A stretch of DNA of 64,000 nucleotides. It comes from Selaginella moellendorffii. Its lineage: Eukaryota > Plantae > Lycopodiophyta. The notes under the pieces are model-generated. The model made no database searches, was not told the DNA's origin, and saw only the letters and a list, made by a program, of their open reading frames with translations. Positions 1-11,900 of the stretch are shown piece after piece (position 1 is the stretch's first letter; each line of letters opens with the position of its first letter). The stretch covers positions 32,800 through 96,799 of the forward strand of contig NW_003314310.1 in NCBI RefSeq assembly GCF_000143415.4, read 5' to 3'. The translations under genes were made by a program, and so were the position numbers.

Positions 1-585
1 ATGATATCCCAATCATGATCTTTCTTTTGGATTTCGCGTGCATGCAGTCCGAGGAATGATGACGTTGCGGATTTCTTTTGGATTTTGCGTGCTTGCATGC
101 GCGCGGCAATCCAGAAATTAATGGTGGCGCCCAAGTCCGAGGAATGATGACGTGGCGGGATTACCAACCGTTGTGAAATTTCGCGCGTGTGAGGTTAGGT
201 TTTGCATTTTGCTTTGTACTCGCGCTCGCGCTCGCATCACACTCGCGCTCCCGCTCGCATCGCGCTCCCACTCGCGATCACGCTCACTTCTCTACAGGTT
301 TCTCGTGTGCATCGGCGTCCACTCGCGCTTGCATCACACTCGCGCTCGCATCGCGCTCGTGTGCATCGGCGTCCACTTCAAGACACACCCAGTTTGTAAC
401 TTCGCCGCCAACTCCGCCGCCCACTCCACCACCCACACGCAGCCCACTTGGCGTCCCGGGAGATTTCAGCACCACTCTCCAACTGTAAGTGGCAGAGTAG
501 CCTTGCTGCTACGATCCGCTGCACACACAGTGCACATTCGCCAGCGAGTCCGGCCTCGATTGTCACGGCCTCCATTCGGCTTCAA

Positions 586-3500
586 ATGGTAAGTCTTTTA
601 GACCAAGTAGAAAATGGCATGAGGCCACATGCCATTCAGTAGCAACATTGGCATGCACCGATTGGGCTCTCGAGTGCAGTCCGGTTACAGATGGCGTGTA
701 GCCTCACGCCATCTTAGGATGCAGCCTCAAGACATCTGATGCAGTGGTGAATGGCGTGTGGCCTCACGTTATTTCCAGCTGCTAGCTTTTCATCTGTCAG
801 CTCTAATTGTTGTGCATTTTTGAACAGGCGAGGAATTGCGTTCTTCTTCCAGCCACTGTCAATGTGGATGCAGAGAAGGGGGAGGAGCTCACCAGTTGGA
901 CTTTCGGGATGGAAGGCGAGGATCTGATGCTGTACAACACAGATGGTGGGAGAAAAGAATGCATGGGGATCCTCATCCAAGTGACAGACACTCCATGCAG
1001 TTCCATGCAAGAATATGGACTGGCACTTGTGGTATAGACAGCGTCCGCCTTCAAGATCCACCTTGCACATCCTAGCGGCTTCCCGGAGGGGGGCAGCGGC
1101 TATGAGGAATTCCTAGAGGGAGCTAGGGAGAGGTTGTCCAGGAGGCCCACAATTTCAAAGATGCTGCGGGTCTATGAAGATCACATGGAATCCACGGACC
1201 TCACCTACGGCGATGTTCAAAAACTATATTCCAACATTGAGCCATTGAGAGTGCCTCCAGTTTGCGAAGCGAAGGGGAAGGGGGTCGATCTGGAAACTAC
1301 CCCGAAGCAGAAAAGGGTGGTCAAGCTCAAGCCGACGTCCGACTCTGCTGCTCCAAAAAAGAAGCTACTCGGTGATGCCATTGCCTCGGGTTCGAACACT
1401 ACACCCACCAAAAAGAAGAGCCGCAAAGAGCAGAAAGAGCAAGAAGAGGCAGCAAAAATTGTCGCAGATAATAGTACTTGTTACTATTCCAACAAAGTAT
1501 ATACAATCGACGTGAGCCGTATCGAGATCCAAAGCAAATACAACCACAGGCTAGTATCTGATGAGTGGGTGGAGAAACTGAAGCAGAAGATGCTGGCAAG
1601 TCCAGTAACACCCGACATCGCAGACGTGATCCCCTACTACCGAACAATGAAGGGCGAGACGAGGTTTCCAGACTTGATCAATAGGAAGGTGTTGGACGAT
1701 CAGAACATCCGGTTCTATGCCGTCTCCGGGCAGCATTCTAGCTTGGCGATGCAACAGATAGTTGTGGATATTATGGTGGGCGAGGAGGTGAAGAAAGTCT
1801 TCAAGACAAGAGTTGTCCGCCTGATAAAAGGCAACTCGCCCCTCCGATCTATCATATACATCTCCCACGCGCAGAATGTCAAGCAAGAAACGTGCTACAA
1901 ATCGGGTCTGCACGAGACATTGGCACGAACACGGAAGCTCTGGGTTCAACTGAAGAAGCCACAAAAACCAGGACAAGGACGTGCACTAGCAACTAGCGCC
2001 TGGTAGGTAAGCCTCGTTGCATGTGGCATAGCATGTGGCCTCACGCCATTTCCATTGCAGGAATTCTCGAGTCTTCTCTCGAAAACACTGGGGGTCAATG
2101 ACACACTCAGCATCCATAACATTCTACTCGCGATAAAAGTTGTTTTTGACAAATGGGTAGATGTGCTGAGGAGGTACCATGACGGGGAGTTGCTAAACTC
2201 AATGGGTGTGGAGGACGGCCGGAAGCCCAATGATTTGAAGCTCAACGGCTTGCGTTTCTCGCGGTCTCTAGACGACGACGACCTTCTGACAGTGGCTAAT
2301 GCTCTTCTACGTGGTGAGGTAGTCTTCAACAAGACCAAAATGACTCCCGACCATATTGTGACATACGAGGACTTGTGCACGACTCTGAGAGCTCGTGCGC
2401 TATTGAAGGATTGGATCTTCGAGCAAGTGGCCGTGGCGAGGGTGAGCATCGACACCACGCAAGAGATGATGGAAGAGCTGGACTTGTCAAATGAAGACAT
2501 CGACGAGTACGTGAAGGGGGCCCCCAAGTTCATCGATCTGCTGCGGGATGCCACGAAAAGTAAAGCTGAGAAGTTGGATCAGTATCCAAATTTCATTAAG
2601 AGGGATGTCGACCGCCGGCTTCAGAAACAGCTCGACCCCGCAGCAGAGGCCTATCGAGAACCTTACCGGGTATACGTGAATTCGGATGAGGATCAAAGGT
2701 GGAGGAGCATCGTTTCCCGCGGAGATGAGCAGGTCAAGAACATCTTTTGTGTGATGGACTTCACAAACGAGGAGATCACTCATGCAGACGAAGTCAGCTC
2801 CATCATTGACTTAATGGTGGGACTTGCGGAGGTGGAATCTTCAGTCCACTATATGATCTACGACTCCGAATCCTATCACAAGTTCTGGAAGGCCTTGAAC
2901 GAGGTGAAGGCTCGGTTGAAAGGCAAGGAGATGCGGGAGATCCATGGGATAATGGCTAAGAAGAAGATACCGACGAATGTCCGCATCTTCACAGTTGCCC
3001 TTGTTATTGGTCCTGCAGCAGAGTGGGACTGGAGTGACTTCCCAGCTTCGTTCAACAAAGCCGATCGAATTGATCTGAGGGAGGTCAATTTACCCGTGCC
3101 TGAGGAACTGAAGACGGCTATGGAGCTTTCGAATCCAAAGAAAGCTCCAGGTGCAGCATGGGAAATGCTCAGCTGGGTCTTCAACGCAATAGCGGGTGAC
3201 TCCAAGGGCAAATGCGTTGTCGAGTACAACTGCGGCGGACTATTCTTTCGAGCCGCACTACTCAAGGGTGTCCCGTGTGTTGCGGTGACAAACTCCATTG
3301 AAGAGGTGACTTCAATGGAGCATATAATTACAGTTGCCAAAGAAAAACAGTATCTTCTCTACGAACCTGGTGAGTACGCACTTTAAGTTTAAATGTTATC
3401 TCACAAGCTCTGTATGCAGGAGCGTGGCCACCCCCAGATGCTGAAACGGCGTTAACAGCTACTGATGTTAGGCCGAGGTCACAACCTGCACAAGGTAAGG

Positions 3501-6007
3501 TCACGTGAGGCCTCACGCCATTTTGATTATAGATCGTTGTGAATATTCAGACACGAGGACTGAAAAGCGCACTGGTGGCGCGTCGAAGAAGGACAAACAG
3601 ACAAGCAATAGGAAAAAAGGAGGTACAAATTATATTTGCAATGGCGTGTGGTCTCATGCCATTCCTTGCAGGAGACACTTCTTCAAAGGCAAAACAGGCA
3701 AGCACCAGCCAAGCTCAAACTGACAGTGGTCATAAAAAGCGAAAGCACGTTGGACAGTCGTCGGGATCAGAGGCGTTTGATTCAAAAAGGAAGAAGGGCA
3801 ACGAAAAGATGATAGGTAATGCCTCGCGGTTATGGCGTGTGTGCTCATGCCATTCATTGCAGATCAAGGGCTGAGTGAAAGGAGCCAGTCACCACCTTCT
3901 GACTCAGATTCCTATGGCGGACTCCCCTTCCCCAATCTCAATGGAGAGGTACAATGGATGAGGGATGCTTTTCAAGTCAGGGCCACGTTTTTCTCATCTC
4001 GTCGTCTTCGAAGGGTGCAAGAACGTGCAGAAACCATGTTAAGACAGTCGGGTGAGGATACGGTCCTAGGTCACGCACTAAAACAGGCTATGGATGTCTT
4101 GTATTTTGAGATGGAGACTCGGCCAGATGATTTTTCCAAGATGGTCCTGGAAAAACAAGCAATCCAGCCTGAGCAGCCTATGGAAGAAATGCAAGAGGGG
4201 GATGAGGAGCCAGAGAAAGATAATGAGCAGGAAGAGCAGAAGGACGAAGAGGAGGACAAAGAAGAGGAGGACGAAGAAGAGGAGGACGAAGAGGACTTGG
4301 ATGGTCCTCACAATGGTGACGATCACAATAACGACGATGACGATGATGACGATGATGGCCAGCCTGAGGTGGCCAAAGAGCAGCGGAGGAAGGTCATACA
4401 AGACAAACCATCAGGTAAATAATAGTACATCCATTCCTAACCTTTTACCATTTCTAACATTGTCCATGTAGGTCGCAGAAGAAATGGTAAGTAGAGATTA
4501 TTCAGTTGAATTAAGATACAAACTCTAGCCTTTAGTGTCGAGGAAGGATAGTGCCAAGCAAGGGTCGAAACGTATGTCCAATCCTTCAGAATCAGCAGTG
4601 CGCCCAAGTGATATCGGTCCTAGTTCCTCAATAGCAGTTGATGGTAAATACAGTATAGTCGATTCAATGTGCTAATGAGTTTGTTTTTAGTAGCACGGGA
4701 GGATACCATCTTAATCGAAGGGAGATATTTGGACATGCATATGGATCCGCCAGTGGACTCTACTTGCCTGCAAGAGTCATCAGAGCTGGTGGAGGCTACT
4801 ATCCATATCAACGCCAAGCAAGCTGACCACGCTCCACTTGATGCTGCTCATACCACTAAGTCAATCTTGTCCACGTATCCAACTGACGGTGACCAGGCGC
4901 CATTGGACCCGCATGAGGCCGCCCCAGCCGCCGAGCCGGTCGTATCCTCATTTCCAACGTGTGCCCAATCGTCTGACTATGCGCCGTTGGAACCTCCCTA
5001 CACCGCCCCTGCTGCCTGTTCGGTCATGTCCACTTTGCCAACGGAGGCACCAGCTGAAATGGCGTGTGATCACACGCCATCGGAACCACCCCATGCCACT
5101 GTTGAGCCAGTTGTACCAGAGTCTACAGCTGAAATGGCATGTGCCCACACGCCATCGGATGCGATTGACCCCACATTGCAGAGGAGAGTATTTCCGCCCT
5201 TCACGTTTCCTCGACCAAAACCCTCTGAACGACCATCGGGAGCACCATTCGCTAATATTGTAGATGGTAAAATTGACTTGTACCATTTTTTATGCTGACA
5301 CATTTCATTTCAGAGTCACGGCGAAAGTACTGTATCGTTTTTGATCTGAACGGTGTCCTTTTCTCCCATGAGCGTGGCTCGTCCTCGAATGTCACTGCAC
5401 CCTCCAAAGCCTGCGGTCGCAAGTTGGTCAAAAGAGACAGATTCACATTAATCACACGGGAGAAACTGCGGGATCTAATAATGACCATGCGACACTTAAA
5501 ACAGAGGGCCGGGTTCAATTTGCAATTGGGAGTTTGGACATCCATGATGCGCCACAATGCATTAACGTTGCTACAGATGATGCACGATCAGACGCGAGTA
5601 ATATTACCATTTGACTTTCTCCTAACGCAGGAGGATTGCTTGACTATGGTCCATGTGAGGGGTAGCAAGCCCATCTTCGTCAAGGCAGAGGCTGTAGTGA
5701 TGAACCGGACTGCTAGGTCAAGTGAAATCCTCATCATCGATGACTCGCCGATTAAAACTGCAGCGAACACGCACACATATGCAGTGCACCCCATCTCNNN
5801 NNNNNNNNNNNNNNNNNNNNNNNNNNNNNNNNNNNNNNNNNNNNNNNNNNNNNNNNNNNNNNNNNNNNNNNNNNNNNNNNNNNNNNNNNNNNNNNNNCGT
5901 ATTAGAGAAGAGATGGCATTACTATTGGGTTAAATCCTGATAGTGTGGAGAGTGATGAAATTCCAAGATTATTGTATAGGCGTTGGAGGCAAAAAATAAC
6001 AGTCTGA
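586..6007 (+). pseudogene. Multi-exon transposon cargo gene, copy 1: ParB/Srx-like domain + degenerate N6/N4 DNA-MTase-like fold + K/E/P-rich linkers + FCP1/NIF-like HAD phosphatase
   Basis: GT-AG introns at 589-827, 2007-2060, 3370-3419, 3495-3550, 3623-3671, 3816-3862, 4415-4471, 4487-4535, 4644-4690 and 5267-5313 join the ORF pieces in one frame. Premature TAGs at 1035-1037 and 2004-2006 are sense codons in copy 2. Motifs: FYAVSGQHS, IVFDLNGVL, VWTS, IIDDSPIK. The exon chain and the phosphatase call are firmer than the ParB and MTase calls. Confidence 0.75.
5798..5897. other. Assembly gap (100 N)
   Basis: N run; the equivalent segment in copy 2 (55624-55891) is 268 bp. Confidence 0.98.
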
Positions 6008-6414
6008 GATGGCATGTATTTATTTAAAAATGTAACTTATTATGGCATGGGGTTCCATGCCATTGTATTAATATTAAAAGACAATTCTTTGAGAGGATTT
6101 GCATTATACTAGAAGTGTTACAGCATGTTATTGGAAGTCTACGAAGTTGTTTTATTAATAAGGGGAAAGTAAAGATTGAATGGGGACTTGGGCTCCACCT
6201 AGACTCGGAGCAACTGAGCCAATATTAAAAGGATGGAAAGAAATTGGACGACGATGACAAGGAGAAGAGAGAGGTGAAGCAGTGAGAAGTGATTGAGTAG
6301 ACATTTCCTTGTTTAAAATAAAATGGCATGTGCCTCAATGCAGTTGAATTTTGTTATATTTATATACTATATAAAGGTTTGGAAACCTTATTTTACAAGT
6401 GGGATAATGACAAT

Positions 6415-6436
6415 TCCCACTTTAACGAAATAGAGC
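6415..6436 (-). repeat. Right terminal inverted repeat of transposon copy 1
   Basis: TCCCACTTTAACGAAATAGAGC, the reverse complement of 41047-41068. Confidence 0.9.
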
Positions 6437-9395
6437 TTTTTTCTAGAAAGGTGACCCTTGTGCCTTTCTTTTATAGTGTTCTACTTGGTGGCAGGTTGCA
6501 CCTTGCATTTCACTAAGACTCTATGAGAGTAGTGAGCTCTCACTGATCTTGACTTGGTCTTGGTGGCTCTGCGCCTTGGCTAAGGATGGTGATGTCCAAC
6601 TTAGTTGTTTGAAGTTGAGATGTTAGTACCCGTACTATAGCTTTGTCTATGAGGAAGTTGTGTACTGATATGAGTTCATCTCATGGTCTTCACTTTAGTT
6701 TCGACTGAGTGTTGATCATGTATAACTAGCCTCTTCTAAGGCATGCTCAGAGCTGTTGGCTAAATGCATTGGTGAGCTTATTGCGGTTGAGTTGGAGTCG
6801 AGTAGTCATTTAGTTTGTGTTTGTCCATGAACCTTTATCTCGACCTGGGGTATCACATTCATGTTGGACAAGTATATAACTCGATAGCATGAGTTTAGTG
6901 TTTGGGTCTTGTGGAGACAAGTTGAAGAGTGGTTGTTAGTTGCTTTGCGACTAGTGATTGCTTGTAGATTTCGTCGAGGACTATTGACACTTACTTCGTT
7001 ATGCTTAGCTTTTGGATTGATGCAGACATGCTCTTCATTAGCTTTGGCATTATGAAGTTTAACTTATGGATGTGTTGAAGCGGATGTTGTGGGTTACACC
7101 ATGATTTCTTCTTTAGCATTGAAATTAGTTCATGCGAGACTTGTGATCATTATTAGGCAAGACTTAGCTATAGACTTCTTTGAGCTTTTGGTTCTTTGAG
7201 TTTTATACTCATTGTTCCATTTGGTAGAAGTTGTTGGGGAAGGCATTTTTGCTCATTAGCTTCAATGTTGAAGTTAGTATTTGCATCTGGCAATCATTGG
7301 TAATGATTGACTGTCATCTAGGATAGTTGATTATCCTTGTCAAAGATGTTGCTTGGTTATTGTTGATATAGAATGGTTTGTCATTCTGCGGGATGGTGGA
7401 TTCCTTCTTTGACAATGATTATGCATCTCTTTATTGATGGGATGGTTGATGATCTTTCATGATAGTTAGTTGTTCTCCTTGATGGCTTATGGCTTTTCGC
7501 AATACCGCATGTTCTTTGTGGTTTGCTCTGGATTGGTCTGTTGGGTTTGAGACATCAAAAGGATGTTGCTGACACTTGCTTAAGCAACTCTGGTTCCTTG
7601 GTATTGTTGACCGGGATCTATTCGGATTGGCTCGTGTGATAGTTGGCATGAATGAGTATTTGTTGGCCATGCAACATTCATTCTATTGTGTTGATTATTG
7701 CTTGAGTTCGCTTTGATAGATTCGGATGTATTTCCTTCGGGTGATACATTCGTGAGCATTTTGCTTGTCAGTCAATGATACTTTGTGTTTTTTTTTTGAG
7801 TTATCTTTCGTAAGTTGTTTGGCATTCTGTCTGCAATCTTTAATAGTTAAACTTTATCATTGAGTTTACTTGATGATATACTTGCTATTGAATTTTGTCT
7901 ATTCTATCTAAACCTTACCGACGGGTTTGGTTTCTTTGCTCAGGAGGGTTGGGGCCTCCGGCTTCTCTCTCTATGTCTCTGCGGGCAGGGCATATCACAC
8001 TTTTGTAAGCTGGGTGACACCTAGAGCAGCAAGGGTGGCTAACTCCGTTGGTCATTTCCTTGTCGGCGACGGCCGGAAGGTGTCTGAGCTGGTAGCGCAT
8101 CCGCGTTAGACAAAGAGGTTGCCTCCTAACTCATTTAAGTTGGTGCATTTCTCATATAGTGTGAATACCGTGAACTTTTTCTGGAGTTGTTTCCTTGGCG
8201 GTATTCTAGACTCGAGTATGCATCGACGAGGACGTCGATCTTCCCTAGGGGGGGAGAGTGTCGTGAATGTGACTTCGGGTATCGAAAGTTACCTGTCGGC
8301 TAGTCCTTACGGACACTCTTACCTTACTGCCACGATGGCAGGAGGTCGGTATTGCTGGACCCGTTATCAGTTTCCCACTTGAGCTAGTTGAGAAACTGGT
8401 CAATGACCATGAACTTAGATTGGATAAACATAAGGTAGGAACCCTATGTGTTTCTTGCTGAGCATACTTGGCCTGGTTTGAGAAACTTGAGTCATTGGCT
8501 TGCACTTGCTAATATCAAGAACCCCCGCGATATTGAGCTTGGTCCCTCAATATCGCTAGATGATAGCTTACCGTGTCTGCCAAACACCCTCGCTATCATG
8601 CCCTTTGTGTTAGTCTCATTTTGGTCCCAAATGCTATTTATGGAAAGTGTCCAGATTTGCTCATTTGGCATATCTATGGAATGTAGAGATCGTCTTGAAC
8701 ACAATGGTGTTCGTCTCATGTCCAAATTCGCAATTTAGGGACATTCCATATTTAGTAAGTTTCGAGCTTGTCCCAGAGACTAACTCCTGATATTAAGGGT
8801 GAAAGCCCAAAGCGTGTGTTCCTCAAGGGGGGGGGGGGCTATGGGGGGTTCCAAATGTATAGTAGGGATAGTGGGTAGGTTGGGCATGGCCGACCAACCT
8901 GAGGCATAGTCTAGCTCCCGCTTGCGTGCCTGTCCTTGTTCTGTGTCCGGCTTGGGTCTAAGCCCAAGTTCCATTCCATGCTAGTTGGTGGAGTACCCAT
9001 GTCCTCGCGTTAGGCCACCGGTATGCCGAAATAGCGCCAGACTCCATTTGGCTCCGTTTTGCATGCTGGTCCTGGCATTGGGATGCTAGTTGCTCCAGGA
9101 CTGTTCCAAGTCGCTCCGGGCTCCTGTCCTTTCGTTCCTTGGGCTGTATGCTTGGGAGTTGCTCCGTGGCTCGATTCCGTCACTCCTTGGCTTCGTGCTT
9201 GGGAGTTTGCAACCGTTCCTTTGTTCAGTGGCCCAAGGCCCTGAACCTCGGGTTCCTATGGACACATGGCATGGACACGTGGCATGTGACACGTGGCATC
9301 TGTCACGTGGCACAAAGAGGGTTTAGGTTCCGCTTCGTGGTGTTATCCTATGGTAAATCACTATAGGATAAAGGGTCAAAACCACGTGCGCTACA
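6437..9395 (+). mobile_element. Non-coding LTR element (LARD-like, 'family A'): internal region plus LTR 8259-9395
   Basis: PPT (AGGGGGGGAGAG) precedes TG at 8259. LTR ends GCGCTACA and is followed by the PBS TGGTATCAGAG. The internal region lacks long ORFs and recurs inverted at 34608-37250. Confidence 0.8.
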
Positions 9396-9411
9396 TTTGG
9401 TATCAGAGGAG

Positions 9412-10050
9412 TGTAGCGCATGTGATCATGGGATGAGATTTGGATATACTGTCACCGTGGATCCTTGGAACCTTGGGGGATAAATGGGGATAAAATAGCC
9501 ATTAAGGGCTCTCTCATCAAGCAATTGCCCCTTTTCCAGTTGGCTTAAGGGGAAAGAGATAAGGTGCACTACAGTTGGTATCGGAGCAAATGGCACGGGT
9601 TCGATTCCCATTGATTAGTGGCTACTTAAAAAGTATAATATACCCTTGAGCAAGGTATATTCCTACCCCTAAATTTGAAATCGTATGTATTGGACATCCA
9701 TGCGTACGTCCTTCCTCTTGTGTGGAGTATCCACGGACGAAGGTATCCACCGTGGTACGGGTGGATGACTAGTTGCCTCACATGGAATAGCTGGTCTACA
9801 CAATGGAAGGATTGGTAGATTGAGTGCGGAAATGGAGATGCTGGTTCCCCTTGGCTCAGTAGGGGTTGTTAGTCTACACAATGGAAGGATTGGTAGATTG
9901 AGGCTGGTTCCCCTTGGCTCAGTAGGGGTTGTTAGTTAATAGTCAATGAGGACATTGACATCTCTGAAGGGGGGGTGAGTGTAGTGGGGGATAAATGGGG
10001 ATAAAATAGCCACTAAGGGCTCTCTCATCAAGCAATTGCCCCTTTTCCAG
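9412..10050 (+). mobile_element. TRIM-like element ('family B'): 162-bp LTR 9412-9573, Met-tRNA PBS, short internal region, PPT, partial 3' LTR 9980-10050
   Basis: TGTAGC...CTACA, then TGGTATCGGAGC. GAAGGGGGGGTGAG precedes a second LTR fragment repeating ~9474-9539. Confidence 0.75.
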
Positions 10051-10057
10051 GACCACT

Positions 10058-11900
10058 TTGGCTCAGACAGGTTCAACAAGTCGTATCTTGCAGGAAACAG
10101 CAGCTCTCAAAGGAATCATTGACATTGGACGGGCATTGACCCCTGAAGAACTCAGGGCATGGCAAAAGGAGTATGCATTGGGAGTTTATATCGAGGCCAG
10201 AATGTTCAACCTAGCAGTTGGTAGACATGCCCAATGCAGTTCCATGTTTCCTTTGCCTTCACTGAAGGCTTTGCATGAAGACTTCTTGGATGAGATATAC
10301 CATGAAATGGTTGAGCGCATTGATCAACAACTTGAGAAAGCTACAGGTGCGTACAGCCCACGACTGCTTTGCTTGGTAACGGATGGTTGGAAGACAGTTA
10401 GTGGGTTGCATATTCAGAATATTATGATCGTTGATGCAGCACACTATGAAGAGTATTTTTATGGCTCATTTGAGTTCTGTGAATCTTCAGATATGTGTTG
10501 CTTTTTCATGTAATGTCCAATTAACTTGTTTGATTTGCAATGCAGCTGATATCTTGTATAGCAAATTGAAGAGTGTGGTTTCGGCTATAAACACTCGGGT
10601 ACTTGCTGATGATGCAAATGTAGCCATAAGCAACATCCTTGGCAATGGAAACATATTACATGATCAAATGCAACATATAGAAAGGAAGCGTGGATTATTA
10701 GCTATATTAGCGGACAATGCGGCCAACATGCTGAGTTTGAAGATATGTGGAGTGTTCCATGCTCGTGTCATGCTCTGAACCTTGTACTAACATCTTGGGC
10801 AAGTTTGGACAACATCAAACAATATCTGGACATAGGGAAGTGTATAGTTCAATTTGTGAAGAACTCCACTCGTATGCATGCTTTTTATCAAGCTCAGCAT
10901 CCTAAGCAGCAACTCATCAGACCTGTCACTACTCGGTGAGTATTAGAGTTGTGTAACTGTCTGTTACTGACTTTAACACTTTTTTTGTTGCTTTCACAGG
11001 TTTGAAACCTATTATTACATGCTCAGGCGATTATGGGAAGAGCATGGAGCATTGCAGAGGTTGTTTAGGAGTACTGGATTTAAAGATTGGCTATGAAGCC
11101 AACCCGCAACAACAACAGAGACTGCTAACCAAGCCATGACGGCAGTGGAGGATTTTAATTTCTGGGTGGGTGTTGAGAAGGTGATGTAGTTGATGGAGCT
11201 AGTGGTGATGGCAATCAAGTTCTTTGATCACTCAGCTTCAACCATTGGCTTTGTGTGGCAAGCATGGCATTTTTTGAAGTTCAAGACAGTAGCAGTTACA
11301 GGTTTCAGTGCGGAGGACAAACAGCAGCTTGAAGACTTTTTGCAAAAACAGGAGGATCAGTACATGAGATCTTGTGACTTGTTTGGGGCAGCCTGATGTG
11401 TAAATCCGCATTACAAGGAGGATAGAAACAGACAGGAAGTGACAGCAGCATTCAGTCATGTTCAACATCGTTTCTATCCAAATGCTGAAGATGCCCACAA
11501 GCTAAATTAGGAGTACTTTGCATATGTCAATGGAACTAGCCCCTTTTCCATTGCAGACAGCCGTGATGCACAAGAATTGCTTAAGGAAGGCAAGGATGGA
11601 GATTCACCTTGGCATGTTTGGGCCTTTACGGTCAGTTTCAGCTGTGACTAGGGGGTAGTGCTTTGGAGGTTTGCGTGCTATATTCTTGGTTTGACAACTT
11701 CGAATTCTGCAGCTAAGCAGAATTTTAGTACATACAGCAATGTCTTGACACTAAAGTGGAATAATTAAGCCCTTTGTTCATTTATAAACATGAAGAACTT
11801 GTCTGACATTGGTCTCACTTGTGTGTAGACTGCATCTAGAGCGGGCTGAGAAGGTCATTCATATTTACCAAAACCATCAAATTTGGGATAGGAAGGAATC
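10058..11900 (+). pseudogene. Decayed hAT-superfamily transposase
   Basis: Motifs across frames: LVTDGW, ADNAANM, VPCSCHALNL, PVTTR(F) split by a GT-AG intron near 10936-10999, and C-terminal ERAEKVIHIYQN. Many stops. Confidence 0.8.

Larger units (their letters stand above)
1..6436. mobile_element. TIR DNA transposon, copy 1 (right-hand part; left part lies outside the window)
   Basis: Near-identical to 46752-56442. Ends in the same 22-bp terminal sequence TCCCACTTTAACGAAATAGAGC, after which similarity to copy 2 stops. Confidence 0.9.

Noticed and set aside
152-592. 146-aa ORF and overlapping ORFs upstream of the cargo gene
   Set aside because: Non-ATG starts in a GC-rich repeat tract; indels between the two copies change the frame.
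9260-9312. TGGCATG/CACGTG repeats in family-A LTRs as copies of the 22-bp palindrome
   Set aside because: They are tandem G-box-like GACACGTGGCAT units without the 8-6-8 inverted geometry.
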